From a virus (lineage: Duplodnaviria; Caudoviricetes), in the IMG/VR virus record IMGVR_UViG_2802429733_000002, positions 26,091-90,090 of that record: a stretch of DNA of 64,000 nt; one strand, given 5' to 3'. Each line of letters opens with the position of its first letter. Within the stretch, counting starts at the first letter, position 1. The notes beneath the pieces were generated by a model. That model was not told the DNA's origin, did not search any database, and saw nothing but the letters and a program-made list of their open reading frames with translations. This document shows, piece by piece, positions 45,140-54,090 of the stretch. The translations under genes and the position numbers were made by a program.

Positions 45140-45313
45140 GACCTTGGGTCGCTCCTGTGATGTCTTGCGGACATCGACGGAGCCGGCAAGGACCGGTGCT
45201 GACGGAAGGAGGTCAGGAGTGAAGGCGAGCGCGTACATTCAGCACGCCTCGCGCGAGAAGACGACGCGGCCGGTGCCGGGAAGCGAGGGCAACGTCGTCG
45301 GAAGGATGCTCCC

Positions 45314-45378
45314 GAAAAAGCGGCCCACCCCGGAGGGCAGGCCGCAGTCTAGGGAGGAAACGCCCAAGGAGGGCAGCG
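45314..45378 (-). ncRNA. suhB/MmgR (alpha-r8)-like small RNA with terminator
   Basis: GCCCTCCTTGGGCGTTTCCTCCCTAGACT then hairpin GCGGCCTGCCC-TCC-GGGGTGGGCCGC and TTTTT; contains the family core UUUCCUCCCU. Confidence 0.75.
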
Positions 45379-45447
45379 CAACGCCGGGAGGGTCATCCCG
45401 ACGATGCTTCGGTCGGACCTTCGGGTCCGAATGGATTGCGGGGGTGG

Positions 45448-45753
45448 TCATCGCGCCCCCGGAACAGGATGAGGTGAGATCGGGTCGCCGTCGGCCGACT
45501 TCGGCCACGAGCGCGGATCCGAGGGATCGAACAGGCGAGCAGGACGCGGGCCGCATCGCGACGGAACGCGCGGACGCTGCGTCCGGCGGCGGGAAGACCC
45601 TGCATCGGCTTGAACCTGCGGGGCAGCCTTCGCCTCATGCGCTCGGCACCGACCACCCACATACAGCGCGACCGCGGCCATGAGCCCGATCGCCGTGACG
45701 ACCGCGCCCGTCGCGATTTCGTTGCCGTATAACTCGTGGAAGGTCGGCTCCAT
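45448..45753 (-). CDS. Hypothetical membrane protein
   Basis: One TM segment; downstream of cro. Confidence 0.45.
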   Translation of the reverse strand: MEPTFHELYGNEIATGAVVTAIGLMAAVALYVGGRCRAHEAKAAPQVQADAGSSRRRTQRPRVPSRCGPRPARLFDPSDPRSWPKSADGDPISPHPVPGAR

Positions 45754-45801
45754 ATCAGGCCGCCTCGCTCAGAGCAGCGCAGCCGATGGCTTGGCGCCGG
45801 C

Positions 45802-46023
45802 TCACGCCGCTTCCTCCTCAGAGGGAGAGGGCGAGGGCAGAAAGTCGTTGGCGGTAACCGCGCCGTTAGTCAGTTCCGCGATTTGGACGAGATGCTTCAG
45901 CCGAGGCGTCCGTTGACCGAAGCGCCACTTTCTGACCGCCTCGGACGAAAACGCGCCACCGCTCCGAGCCGCGAAGCCTTCCTCGTCGAGACCTTCGGAT
46001 TTGAGATAGTCGCCGATCCTCAT
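45802..46023 (-). CDS. cro: Cro-like HTH repressor
   Basis: MRIGDYLKSEGL..FA..SSEAVRKWRFGQRTPR..TNGAVTANDF; divergent from cI. Confidence 0.85.
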   Translation of the reverse strand: MRIGDYLKSEGLDEEGFAARSGGAFSSEAVRKWRFGQRTPRLKHLVQIAELTNGAVTANDFLPSPSPSEEEAA

Positions 46024-46035
46024 GGGCGCATGATA

Positions 46036-46121
46036 TGCCCATCATGGGCACTATCACAAGCGAAAAGTGTGCCCACCTTGGTGGCTGGCAACGCTGTGCC
46101 CATTCGTGCCCACTTCGGGCA
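46036..46121. promoter_or_regulatory. Right operator region, TGCCCA-N3-TGGGCA sites
   Basis: 46036-46050 perfect; 46070-46084 and 46107-46121 near-matches between cro and cI. Confidence 0.75.
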
Positions 46122-46897
46122 TGGCTAACAATCTCAAGCGCCTGAGGAATTGGCGAGGCTTATCGCAGGAGGCGCTCGCTGAGCGCATGGGCACTAGCCG
46201 CAACCAAATCACCAAGCTGGAGGCTGGGACACGGCGGCTATCTGACGTCTGGATCGACCGGGCGGCGCCAGCGCTCGATGTCGATCCTGGAATGCTCGTG
46301 TCCGAAAAGCTCGACCTTGAACCGCGCGAGTTGACGCGAGTAGCGGTCGAGCACGAGGATGACGACCATGCCCGTTCCGACGAGCCTGGAGCCGAGTCCG
46401 GCGTGTCATCTATCGGCCCGTATCGTGGCACCCTACCGGGCGCGATCCCCGATCTTGACGCCGCCGGCGGGGCCGGCCCCGGCGAGAACAGCCTGATCTA
46501 TAGCACTGTCGGTGGCAACGGGTTGACGTATTCGGCCGATGCGGTCCGGGGCGAGATCGTTCTGCCGTCCTATCTACTCAGCGAGTTCACCCGCTCAAAG
46601 CCCGGCGTCGTCCATGCGGTGCGGGTGCGCGGCGACTCGATGGAGATGACGCTGCTCTCGGGCGACCGAGTCTTTGCTGACACGAACGACCACAATATCG
46701 GCCAAGGCGGTGTCTTTGTAATCGTCGATCACCGCTACGGTGACGAGGTCCTCGTGAAGCGCTTAAGGCGCACCGGGCGCGGCGCCGCTGCCCAGATCGT
46801 CCTCGTCTCAGACAACCCAAAGCAGGGCGACGACGAGAGGCATCCGGACGAAGTCACCATCGTCGGTCGAGCTATCGCTCGGCTAACCCGCCTTTAG
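46121..46897 (+). CDS. cI: CI-like repressor (XRE HTH + S24 autopeptidase)
   Basis: LKRLRNWRGLSQEALAERMGTS..; VRVRGDSME (Ser) and VLVKRL (Lys). Confidence 0.93.
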   Translation: MANNLKRLRNWRGLSQEALAERMGTSRNQITKLEAGTRRLSDVWIDRAAPALDVDPGMLVSEKLDLEPRELTRVAVEHEDDDHARSDEPGAESGVSSIGPYRGTLPGAIPDLDAAGGAGPGENSLIYSTVGGNGLTYSADAVRGEIVLPSYLLSEFTRSKPGVVHAVRVRGDSMEMTLLSGDRVFADTNDHNIGQGGVFVIVDHRYGDEVLVKRLRRTGRGAAAQIVLVSDNPKQGDDERHPDEVTIVGRAIARLTRL

Positions 46898-46951
46898 GCA
46901 AGGCGATCGGAAAAGGACAATGACGGCACTCGTGACTTCGACGGAGCTGAG

Positions 46952-47416
46952 GTGATGAGATTGCTGCTACCTGGATCTGGATGGGTGCTGGTTGAGCAAG
47001 TCTTCCTGTATCCGGAGGAAAAGGTTCAGGAGATCGCCACGCTCCGCGCGCAGGCGGCTCGATCCCTCGGCGGCAGCGGTCTATCTGCCGGCGTGATAGG
47101 TGCTCCTAGCGTGACTCTCGCCGCCGAGGCCGCAGCTCTTTCGATGGTAGCTGGGTTCCTCAAGAATGTTGCGGCCAAGCAGGCGCTCGAAGCCATCAAA
47201 ATGGCGAACGAGAAGCTTTTCGATCTTCTGACCAATGGCGGGGTGCCTCATGCACCGATGCTGATCTCGGGGTCGCATCTACCGGACCCGTCGACTTGGG
47301 TGGCCGAGGCCGGGAAACGACGCTTCGTCCATAGCGGGACCGAATACATCAGAGCGAACTGCGATCTCGGCCTCATGGACATTCGGTGGACGACGGTCTC
47401 AGCTTGGCTTCGATAG
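46952..47416 (+). CDS. Hypothetical protein, cI-downstream accessory
   Basis: 154-aa ORF co-oriented with cI. Confidence 0.6.
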   Translation: MMRLLLPGSGWVLVEQVFLYPEEKVQEIATLRAQAARSLGGSGLSAGVIGAPSVTLAAEAAALSMVAGFLKNVAAKQALEAIKMANEKLFDLLTNGGVPHAPMLISGSHLPDPSTWVAEAGKRRFVHSGTEYIRANCDLGLMDIRWTTVSAWLR

Positions 47417-47452
47417 CTACCAATGTAACCATTTAGAACGGAGCGGCCGGCT

Positions 47453-47821
47453 ATGCTCAAAAACACAGTGGGTATCTTAAGCAGCATCTTCGCACTTGCT
47501 GCGGCTGTATCGATTGCCGTAGCTTGGTCGTATTCCGAAAAATCATCGTTTTCTTTCGCTGAAGCGGCCTATGCTGGCGCGTTGTGGGGCAGAGCCGCTA
47601 CCGCGACGCTTCTTCTAGTCGCGGGCTGCATCATCTATGCAACTATCGTGAGCAGAGAGGACGTGATATCCGTTCGAAACGAGCTGCGTGAACTTCAGAA
47701 CCGGGTTGGCCTTGTGCATGCGGCCGTGATCGCCACTGCCCCATCCGGCGCGCACCCGCAGGTCGGTTACGCCTCGCCATCGCGCTTGGCGCAACAGTCA
47801 TATGGCGACGCCGGTCAATGA
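47453..47821 (+). CDS. Membrane protein (2 TM)
   Basis: Two hydrophobic segments then a coiled coil. Confidence 0.6.
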   Translation: MLKNTVGILSSIFALAAAVSIAVAWSYSEKSSFSFAEAAYAGALWGRAATATLLLVAGCIIYATIVSREDVISVRNELRELQNRVGLVHAAVIATAPSGAHPQVGYASPSRLAQQSYGDAGQ

Positions 47822-47925
47822 CCGCTGAAGTTGCGGTTATGCCGCCCCCCGCCCCGCGGATTCGCCGCTGTCCGCGCTTTGCCAATGCTCGGGCCGTTCA
47901 TCGCCGGCACGTGTAGGAGTTTGCG

Positions 47926-48495
47926 GTGGAGATCGTTGCGATCATGCTGTTGGGTGCCATCTTGAATGGCCTCCTGGCTCAATCCCGAGGCCGGGGAGCC
48001 GCAGGGTGGGCGCTGTTAGGCGCCATCGCGCCGTTGATCAGCCTATTGGTGCTGGTGCTCATGCCCGACCTCAAAGAGCAAGAGCGGGCATCGAGTGTAC
48101 TTGCCGCCTCGGAGGCTCGAGAGATCGAGGCCCGTCGAGCGGCGTCCGAGGCGGACCATCGAAGGCAAATCGCGGAGATCGCGACACACAAAAGCGCGAC
48201 GAACGGAACCCGAGAATGTCCGTTCTGCGCTGAAACGATAAAGGCTGCCGCCGTTGTTTGTAGATTTTGCGGTCGCGATCTACCCGCCACGACGGCTATT
48301 GCGAGTGTCGAACCGAGGTTGAGGCCGGCGCCGGAATCGCATGCGTCGATGTCGAGCTCCCCGCGCCAGTATGAGATGGAGTACCGGGGCACGCCTTACT
48401 GGGTCCATCAGGACTTCACTATTTCGTCGAGCGTCGGCGGAGTGGTCTACGGTTGGCGGTCTCTCGATGAATTTCGGCAGTGGGTAAGTGGGTAG
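47926..48495 (+). CDS. Membrane protein with Zn ribbon
   Basis: 2 TM; RECPFCAETIKAAAVVCRFCGRDL. Confidence 0.75.
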   Translation: MEIVAIMLLGAILNGLLAQSRGRGAAGWALLGAIAPLISLLVLVLMPDLKEQERASSVLAASEAREIEARRAASEADHRRQIAEIATHKSATNGTRECPFCAETIKAAAVVCRFCGRDLPATTAIASVEPRLRPAPESHASMSSSPRQYEMEYRGTPYWVHQDFTISSSVGGVVYGWRSLDEFRQWVSG

Positions 48496-48571
48496 ATGCT
48501 GCCCAACCTGCCTGACGGTCCCGCCCCCAGCCTCGATCCCCGCAGCCGGATCTCAACGTTGGTGAGAAAGC

Positions 48572-48886
48572 ATGAGATCGTTCTTTATCGTGATTGGCGT
48601 TGTTCTGCTTACAGGTCTGATCCTGTACGCCGCCGGCTTCCGGATCTTCGTCGTAAAGCCAATCGGAGCGGTACCAGATGGCCGAACGCTGATTGTTCGC
48701 GGCCTTCCGGGGCTCCGCTTCATCGACAGCCCAGATGCTTTTTGCCTGCGGCAAACCGGGAGTGTCACCTTGATCTGTCGCGGAGCCGGGCTTGCGGCGG
48801 TAGCGAACCAGGGGACGATCGTCGCGCGCCTCCCCTATAGCTCGATCCTGGATGCGCTGGCCGGCACACCACAAACCGACCGCTAA
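48572..48886 (+). CDS. Membrane-anchored hypothetical protein
   Basis: N-terminal TM; FVVKPIGAVPDGRTL..FIDSPDAFC..LICRG. Confidence 0.7.
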   Translation: MRSFFIVIGVVLLTGLILYAAGFRIFVVKPIGAVPDGRTLIVRGLPGLRFIDSPDAFCLRQTGSVTLICRGAGLAAVANQGTIVARLPYSSILDALAGTPQTDR

Positions 48887-49012
48887 CCGGAAACCCAATA
48901 GCCTCCTTGACCGCTGCCTCCGACCCCATCCTCGCATCCCTCCTCGCCTACGAGGCGGACGAAGCGGCCTACAGGTTGCTGGCCGTGACGTATGATGAGG
49001 AGGCGGCGGCTG

Positions 49013-50041
49013 CTATTGCGCGACATCACCTGAGTCCAAGTCGAGATCGCCTTGCGATCCGATCCTCGGGAACGCCACTTCAAGATGTCGCTTGAATGAC
49101 GACCAATCCCTGGAAATCTTCATGATCGGTATAAGCTGCAGAATATGATCCCGTAGGTCCGGTTGCCCGACTGTCTCCGATAGGAATTGGTGGTGCTTGT
49201 ATTTCCTTCTCTTGGTGTCTTCGGCGGTCGGGTTCAACTCGCGCAGCGCCTCCAATACTCCGGGCGGCAGCCTCTCGTAGACAATATCATTGGTAATATG
49301 CCCCAATAGTGGCGTCTTAGCCCGTCCTACCGGCCATCTCCACCCCTTCAGCCGGTAGATCTGCTTATAGAATTCATCAGGGAAGCGTTTCGCCCACGCC
49401 AGTCGCTCTTCGGCTAGGTACACCGACAGCAACTTATACAGCTCGTCCCGTTCACGATCCGCCTGGAAGCCTGTCACTTCGTCGACAAGAGCAACAATTC
49501 CGACCTTGGCGAACGCTCTGATCAAGGCCTCACACTGGTCGGCGATATGCATCTGCTGCTTTAGCAGTGCGCCAGCTTGACGAGCGGCTAAGACGGCCTC
49601 ACAGATTTCTGGAAGAATGTTTGCTTCATAGCCCGTTGCGGCACTCCCTCCGGACGGAGTCCGGAACCTCACCGGCTCGGCGATCCTGCTGATCAAGCTA
49701 CTGGAAACAAATGGAGAAATTGCCTTTCCAGTAGCAAATTTGCCCAGTCGATCACCCTCGCCTGAACCTGCTCCGCCAATCGACATTCCCAGAGCCTTTA
49801 CGATCCCTCCGAGTGAGAGCACGCGACGGCCATCATCGAGGACATAACAGGGAATATCGATGTCTCCGAGACGGAGAGGATGTTCTGCGGATCCGTGGGT
49901 CGCCTTTGGCAATGCGCGATAAGCTTCCCATCTCGCAGTAGCGCCGACCTTTGCTACCGCACGCCGCTCTTCCGAGGATAGAGCGGCCGCTCGCGCTTTA
50001 CCGCCCTTGCTCTGAGGCTCTGCCGATTTGCTGTTCGCCAT
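49013..50041 (-). CDS. P63C domain protein
   Basis: KGGKARAAALS..ARW; IPCYVLDDGRRVLS; GIVALVDEVTGFQ..WAKRFPDEFY. Confidence 0.88.
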   Translation of the reverse strand: MANSKSAEPQSKGGKARAAALSSEERRAVAKVGATARWEAYRALPKATHGSAEHPLRLGDIDIPCYVLDDGRRVLSLGGIVKALGMSIGGAGSGEGDRLGKFATGKAISPFVSSSLISRIAEPVRFRTPSGGSAATGYEANILPEICEAVLAARQAGALLKQQMHIADQCEALIRAFAKVGIVALVDEVTGFQADRERDELYKLLSVYLAEERLAWAKRFPDEFYKQIYRLKGWRWPVGRAKTPLLGHITNDIVYERLPPGVLEALRELNPTAEDTKRRKYKHHQFLSETVGQPDLRDHILQLIPIMKISRDWSSFKRHLEVAFPRIGSQGDLDLDSGDVAQ

Positions 50042-50152
50042 GATCCGTTCTCCGCAAGCATCATCCCGCAGACAAATAACATGCTTGCGCAGTTTAGCAA
50101 GCAGGCCGTCGTTGCGGGCTCGTGGTGCTTGGTGACAACGGGTTGCTTACCC

Positions 50153-50365
50153 CTAACCCTCCGGCAGATCGAGCGCTCGCTTCGGATTGCGGATGACGGC
50201 CTTCTCGCCTTCGTTGTCGCAGATCAGCCAGTCCTGTCCGTCCCAAGCGACCATCGACGGGAAGAGCTGCGGGAGGATGAGGCGATTGCCGCGGACATAG
50301 GTCCCGCCGGCCACCACGAGCCGCCGTCCGTCCTTGTCGTCCTCGGTGATCGCGCGCCACGACAT
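50153..50365 (-). CDS. Hypothetical protein
   Basis: 70-aa ORF divergent from pL. Confidence 0.55.
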   Translation of the reverse strand: MSWRAITEDDKDGRRLVVAGGTYVRGNRLILPQLFPSMVAWDGQDWLICDNEGEKAVIRNPKRALDLPEG

Positions 50366-50499
50366 CGCGAGACCCTACCCCACCTCTCTCCCCCCAGCCA
50401 GGCTTCGGCTAGTCGAAGCCGCCTCCGCATAAGCGCTTCTCATGGGGTCGCGCGCAACGCCGCTAGCAGGCCCAGACCGTGAGATGCCCAGCCAATCCG

Positions 50500-50542
50500 T
50501 GCCCAATATGGGATTGACATATGCCCAGGATGGGCACATTCT
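50500..50542 (+). promoter_or_regulatory. pL-like promoter with two CI operators
   Basis: TGCCCA-ATA-TGGGAT (50500-50514), TTGACA (50514-50519), TGCCCA-GGA-TGGGCA (50522-50536) filling the spacer, then CATTCT. Confidence 0.8.
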
Positions 50543-50563
50543 TCGTCTGTCACCCGGACGGAG

Positions 50564-50935
50564 ATGGCGATGCAGCCCGCGACCGATACCTACTTCGACA
50601 CCGCCGAGTACAAGGCGCTTCAGGCGCAGCGGGACAACCTGTTCTACTCGCCGGGCCGGTTCGCTGCGGTGCGCGCCGACATCCGGCTGATCGACCAGAA
50701 GATCGCCGACGGCCGCTGGCACCACGAGAACCCCGGCAAGACCGGATCGTGGCGGATCGCGACCGGCGGGCAGGTCGAGTTCAGCGCCGGCATCCCGCGC
50801 TTCGAGACCGAGGCTGACGCGCTCGCCTACATCGCGGCGCACCAGACCTATGGGCGCGCGACCGCCGTCTACCTCCGCTCCCGCCAGACGATCGAGGCCG
50901 ACCTCCGCGCGGCCGGCATGAAGGAGGCCGCCTGA
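50564..50935 (+). CDS. Early hypothetical protein
   Basis: First gene after pL, GGAG SD. Confidence 0.7.
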   Translation: MAMQPATDTYFDTAEYKALQAQRDNLFYSPGRFAAVRADIRLIDQKIADGRWHHENPGKTGSWRIATGGQVEFSAGIPRFETEADALAYIAAHQTYGRATAVYLRSRQTIEADLRAAGMKEAA

Positions 50936-50936
50936 C

Positions 50937-51167
50937 ATGGCTCATCCCTGGAAACAGAGGGGCTCCGGCAAGGCTTCGTCCTGCCGGGCCGCGCGGCGGA
51001 ACGCTTCGAAGGCCGAGCGCCGCGAGCAGTCCGGCGATCGCCACCGCGCCGCGAAGGCGGAGCAGACCAGCTACTTCATCCGTGATCGCTTCAAGCACGA
51101 GCAGGCCAATGCGCGCCGGGCTCGGCAGATCGCGGCCGGCCGGCTCCAGCCGACGGGAGGCGTCTGA
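50937..51167 (+). CDS. Basic hypothetical protein
   Basis: GGAGG SD; Arg-rich. Confidence 0.6.
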   Translation: MAHPWKQRGSGKASSCRAARRNASKAERREQSGDRHRAAKAEQTSYFIRDRFKHEQANARRARQIAAGRLQPTGGV

Positions 51168-51784
51168 TGCCTACGGGATACACCGCGGCCGTTCAGGACG
51201 GCTCGATCACCACATTCCCCGACTTCGCGATGCAGTGCGCGCGCGGATTCGGCGCTCTCTACTCGATGCGAGACGAGCCCGGGGATGCGCCGATCCCTGA
51301 TCGCTTCGAGCCTCAGACCGCATACCACGACGAGCGTCTCGCCGCGGCTCGCGTCCGCCTGATCCAACTCCTCGCAATGTCGTCGGAGGAAGTCCGCGCG
51401 GCGGCCGAGGAGTCTCAGCGGGAGAGCGACAAGAGCCTCAACGAGTACAAGGCTCGCCGCCTGCTCCATCGCGAGCGCTACGAAGCCATGCTGGTTCGTG
51501 TGCGCGATTGGGCGCCGCCTTCGAGTGAACATGAGCCGCTGAAGGAGTTCATGATCGAGCAGCTCGAAAGTTCGATCAATTTCGACTGCAGCACGGGACC
51601 GTGGAGCGAACAGCCGGCACCTCTGTCGCCTGAAGATTGGTTCGACGACGAACTCCAAAAGGCAAGTCGGGAAGTCGGCTATCACACCCGGGAGAGGGCG
51701 AAGGAGATCGAGAGGACGGAGAGCCGCAACAAGTGGCTGGCCGATCTTCGCGCCAGCCTCGCTGAGATCGAGGAGGTGTCGTGA
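51167..51784 (+). CDS. Hypothetical phage protein
   Basis: MPTGYTAAVQDG..FAMQCARGFGA; coupled. Confidence 0.75.
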   Translation: MPTGYTAAVQDGSITTFPDFAMQCARGFGALYSMRDEPGDAPIPDRFEPQTAYHDERLAAARVRLIQLLAMSSEEVRAAAEESQRESDKSLNEYKARRLLHRERYEAMLVRVRDWAPPSSEHEPLKEFMIEQLESSINFDCSTGPWSEQPAPLSPEDWFDDELQKASREVGYHTRERAKEIERTESRNKWLADLRASLAEIEEVS

Positions 51785-51939
51785 TGACGACCGCTCCTCA
51801 GCCCGCCGACGAGGCCTCGGAGACGAAGTCCGCGGTCCGCGTCCTGCCGCGCCTCAAGAAGGCTCTCCTCTCCGGCCCCAGCTACGGCACCCTCGCTGCC
51901 CTGTGGGCCTTGAGCGAGAAGCAGAAGGAGGGGCGCTGA
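51784..51939 (+). CDS. Small hypothetical protein
   Basis: 51 aa, GGAGG SD, TGATG overlap; not in ORF track. Confidence 0.5.
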   Translation: MTTAPQPADEASETKSAVRVLPRLKKALLSGPSYGTLAALWALSEKQKEGR

Positions 51940-51940
51940 C

Positions 51941-52447
51941 ATGGACGCCCGCTTCGAAGAGACGCTCGCCTACATCCGGCGGGACGATTCCGGCCTGATC
52001 GCTCGGCACGCGTCGTCCGAAATCCGGCCGATCGACCTCGCATGGGAGGACATCAACGCCCTCAGCCATCCCGACGACAAGACGCTTCGGGGCGAGACCG
52101 TGGACGCGGTGCTGGCGATCCTTGAGGCCTACGGCGCCCGCGATCCGCTCTCGCTCCGGCACGAGCCCAAGCGCGAGCCGGCCGCGACCCCGGTCCTCGA
52201 CGGCATGGCGCATCGCGAGCGTCGGAACGCCATCGTCGCCGCGTCCGTGATCGCGGGATCGACCGTGCTCGCCGGCTGCACGAGCGAACTGGCCAGCGCC
52301 TTCGACCAGTGGCTCGGCGGCGCGATCCTGGCCGGCATCGCGGTGGCTGGTCTCGCTGGCGCCCTCTGGCCTCGTCGGGCTCCGGGCCCGTGCCCGCATC
52401 AGGATGCCGATGGCGAGGCCTCAGCACTTGGCAGGAGCGACCGATGA
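51941..52447 (+). CDS. Hypothetical protein with C-terminal TM segments
   Basis: 168 aa. Confidence 0.6.
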   Translation: MDARFEETLAYIRRDDSGLIARHASSEIRPIDLAWEDINALSHPDDKTLRGETVDAVLAILEAYGARDPLSLRHEPKREPAATPVLDGMAHRERRNAIVAASVIAGSTVLAGCTSELASAFDQWLGGAILAGIAVAGLAGALWPRRAPGPCPHQDADGEASALGRSDR

Positions 52448-52809
52448 CGAGTCTCACGCCGAACCAGGATGCTGGGCGGAACGCGGTCCTTCCGGACCAT
52501 ATCCGTCGGGAGATGGAAAAGTCCGGCGCAGACGGCGCCATTGCGAGGATCATTGTCGAGATCCAGGTAGGTGTCCGTTCCGCATTCCTCGCTGAGTTCG
52601 ACCGGGCGACGCCCATCGACGCGATCATCGAAGGAATGCGGCAGGGGCTCGGCAATGCCCTTGCCTCGGTGGTGAGCAATTCGTTCGAAGGCGACCTTGA
52701 GCAGGCGGCCCAAGATTTCGCAGCCGGGGTCACCCGTCACGCTCTGAGGTCGCTCAACTGCGAGAGCGAGAAGCTGGTGGTGCCCGTGACGCCGGTGGCG
52801 CGCGCATGA
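52444..52809 (+). CDS. Hypothetical protein
   Basis: ATGA-coupled, 121 aa. Confidence 0.6.
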   Translation: MTSLTPNQDAGRNAVLPDHIRREMEKSGADGAIARIIVEIQVGVRSAFLAEFDRATPIDAIIEGMRQGLGNALASVVSNSFEGDLEQAAQDFAAGVTRHALRSLNCESEKLVVPVTPVARA

Positions 52810-53099
52810 CCCGCTTCCCTCTCCTCCCGCCGAACACCTGCCACGGCGGCCCGCTTACGCCTCAGCACGAGCCCTTCGTCGGCATGGTCGGACACATCTC
52901 GCGGATGGAGGGCCTCTACCCGCTGTTGAGCGTCGCCCAGGTCTGCGTGGTCGAAGCCGGCTCTCAGATCATGGCCCAGCAGCGCGGCAGTGCACCTGAC
53001 CGCCTGCAGATGATCAGGTGGTTGCTGTTCCGCGCCAGCGCTCTCGTCGAGCGCGAGCAGCAGCTCGCCGCCGCCTCTCAACGCCAAGCCGCGGAGTAG
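52806..53099 (+). CDS. Hypothetical protein
   Basis: ATGA-coupled, 97 aa. Confidence 0.6.
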   Translation: MTRFPLLPPNTCHGGPLTPQHEPFVGMVGHISRMEGLYPLLSVAQVCVVEAGSQIMAQQRGSAPDRLQMIRWLLFRASALVEREQQLAAASQRQAAE

Positions 53100-53102
53100 A
53101 CG

Positions 53103-54068
53103 ATGAGCGCCCAGATCGCGCCGAACGAGGATGCATGGACGTCCTGGCGGGAGGAACTGTCCGGGCTCCCGCGCGCCCTGCCTCGGGGGAAGGTGGCTCA
53201 GGGGTACTACGAGCTTCGGACAAAGATCGGCCGCCAGGTGCTTGCGGTCTTCTGGGATGAGGACGTCGAGGACTTTGTCGGTCGGCTGGGCGCCGATGGT
53301 GAGGACCAACTTGCCGATGAGGAGTTCTGCGAGAGGGTCTTCAGCCGGTCGAAGGCAATCTCGCACGAGGTCTACGAGGGCGTGATCAACGGCCACGGCT
53401 GGCCGGAAGAGCGTGCTCTGCGCGAGTCCGCCGGCGACGAGGACACGGGCAACCCGCACGAGGACCGCCCGAACACGCCGCCCGAGAAACACGCTGACAT
53501 TGCGGATCGCGGGGCAGAACTCGACCGCAAGATCAGGAAGTGGGTGCAGGGCATCGGCGGCGAGATCAAGTCACAGGCCGACGCCGACACCGCCGGCAAG
53601 TTCAAGGCTGATCTGAAGGCGCTCGAAGACGAGGCGGCCGAAGGCAAGCGCACAGAGAAGGCGCCTGTACTCGCCGAGGCCGACCGCCTCGAGAAGCTCT
53701 GGGCTCCTGTCGTCGCGGATCGGAAGCGCAGCCGCGAGCGCATCACCGATCTTATCGGTGGCTTTCTGAAGGCCGAGACCGCCCGGAAAGCGGCGGAGCG
53801 GAAGGCGGCGCTCGAAGCCGGTCGTCCTGCTCCCGAAGCGAAGGTCACAGCCGGGGGCGCTGGGGGCGGCCGGAAGGTCTCGCTGATGACCGTGACGTCC
53901 GTCGCCTTCGACGATTTCGAGAAAGCGTGGGCTCAGGTCGCGGCGACGAAGGCCTTCAAGGAAAACCGGATCGTCCGACCCGTCTTCGATCAAGTCGTCC
54001 ACCAGCTCCTGCGTTCTGGCGGCGAGGTCGAGGGCGCACGCCTCGTCGAAGAGCAAAGGGCTCGCTGA
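53103..54068 (+). CDS. Recombination-module coiled-coil protein
   Basis: IKSQADADTAGKF..KRTEKAPVLAEADRLEKLWAP; directly upstream of RecT-like gene. Confidence 0.65.
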   Translation: MSAQIAPNEDAWTSWREELSGLPRALPRGKVAQGYYELRTKIGRQVLAVFWDEDVEDFVGRLGADGEDQLADEEFCERVFSRSKAISHEVYEGVINGHGWPEERALRESAGDEDTGNPHEDRPNTPPEKHADIADRGAELDRKIRKWVQGIGGEIKSQADADTAGKFKADLKALEDEAAEGKRTEKAPVLAEADRLEKLWAPVVADRKRSRERITDLIGGFLKAETARKAAERKAALEAGRPAPEAKVTAGGAGGGRKVSLMTVTSVAFDDFEKAWAQVAATKAFKENRIVRPVFDQVVHQLLRSGGEVEGARLVEEQRAR

Positions 54069-54090
54069 GCCGCAAAATCGGGAGAACAAC

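Noticed and set aside
48907-49095. 62-aa ORF between the rex-position genes and P63C
   Set aside because: TTG start without SD, overlaps the P63C 3' end; possibly a remnant
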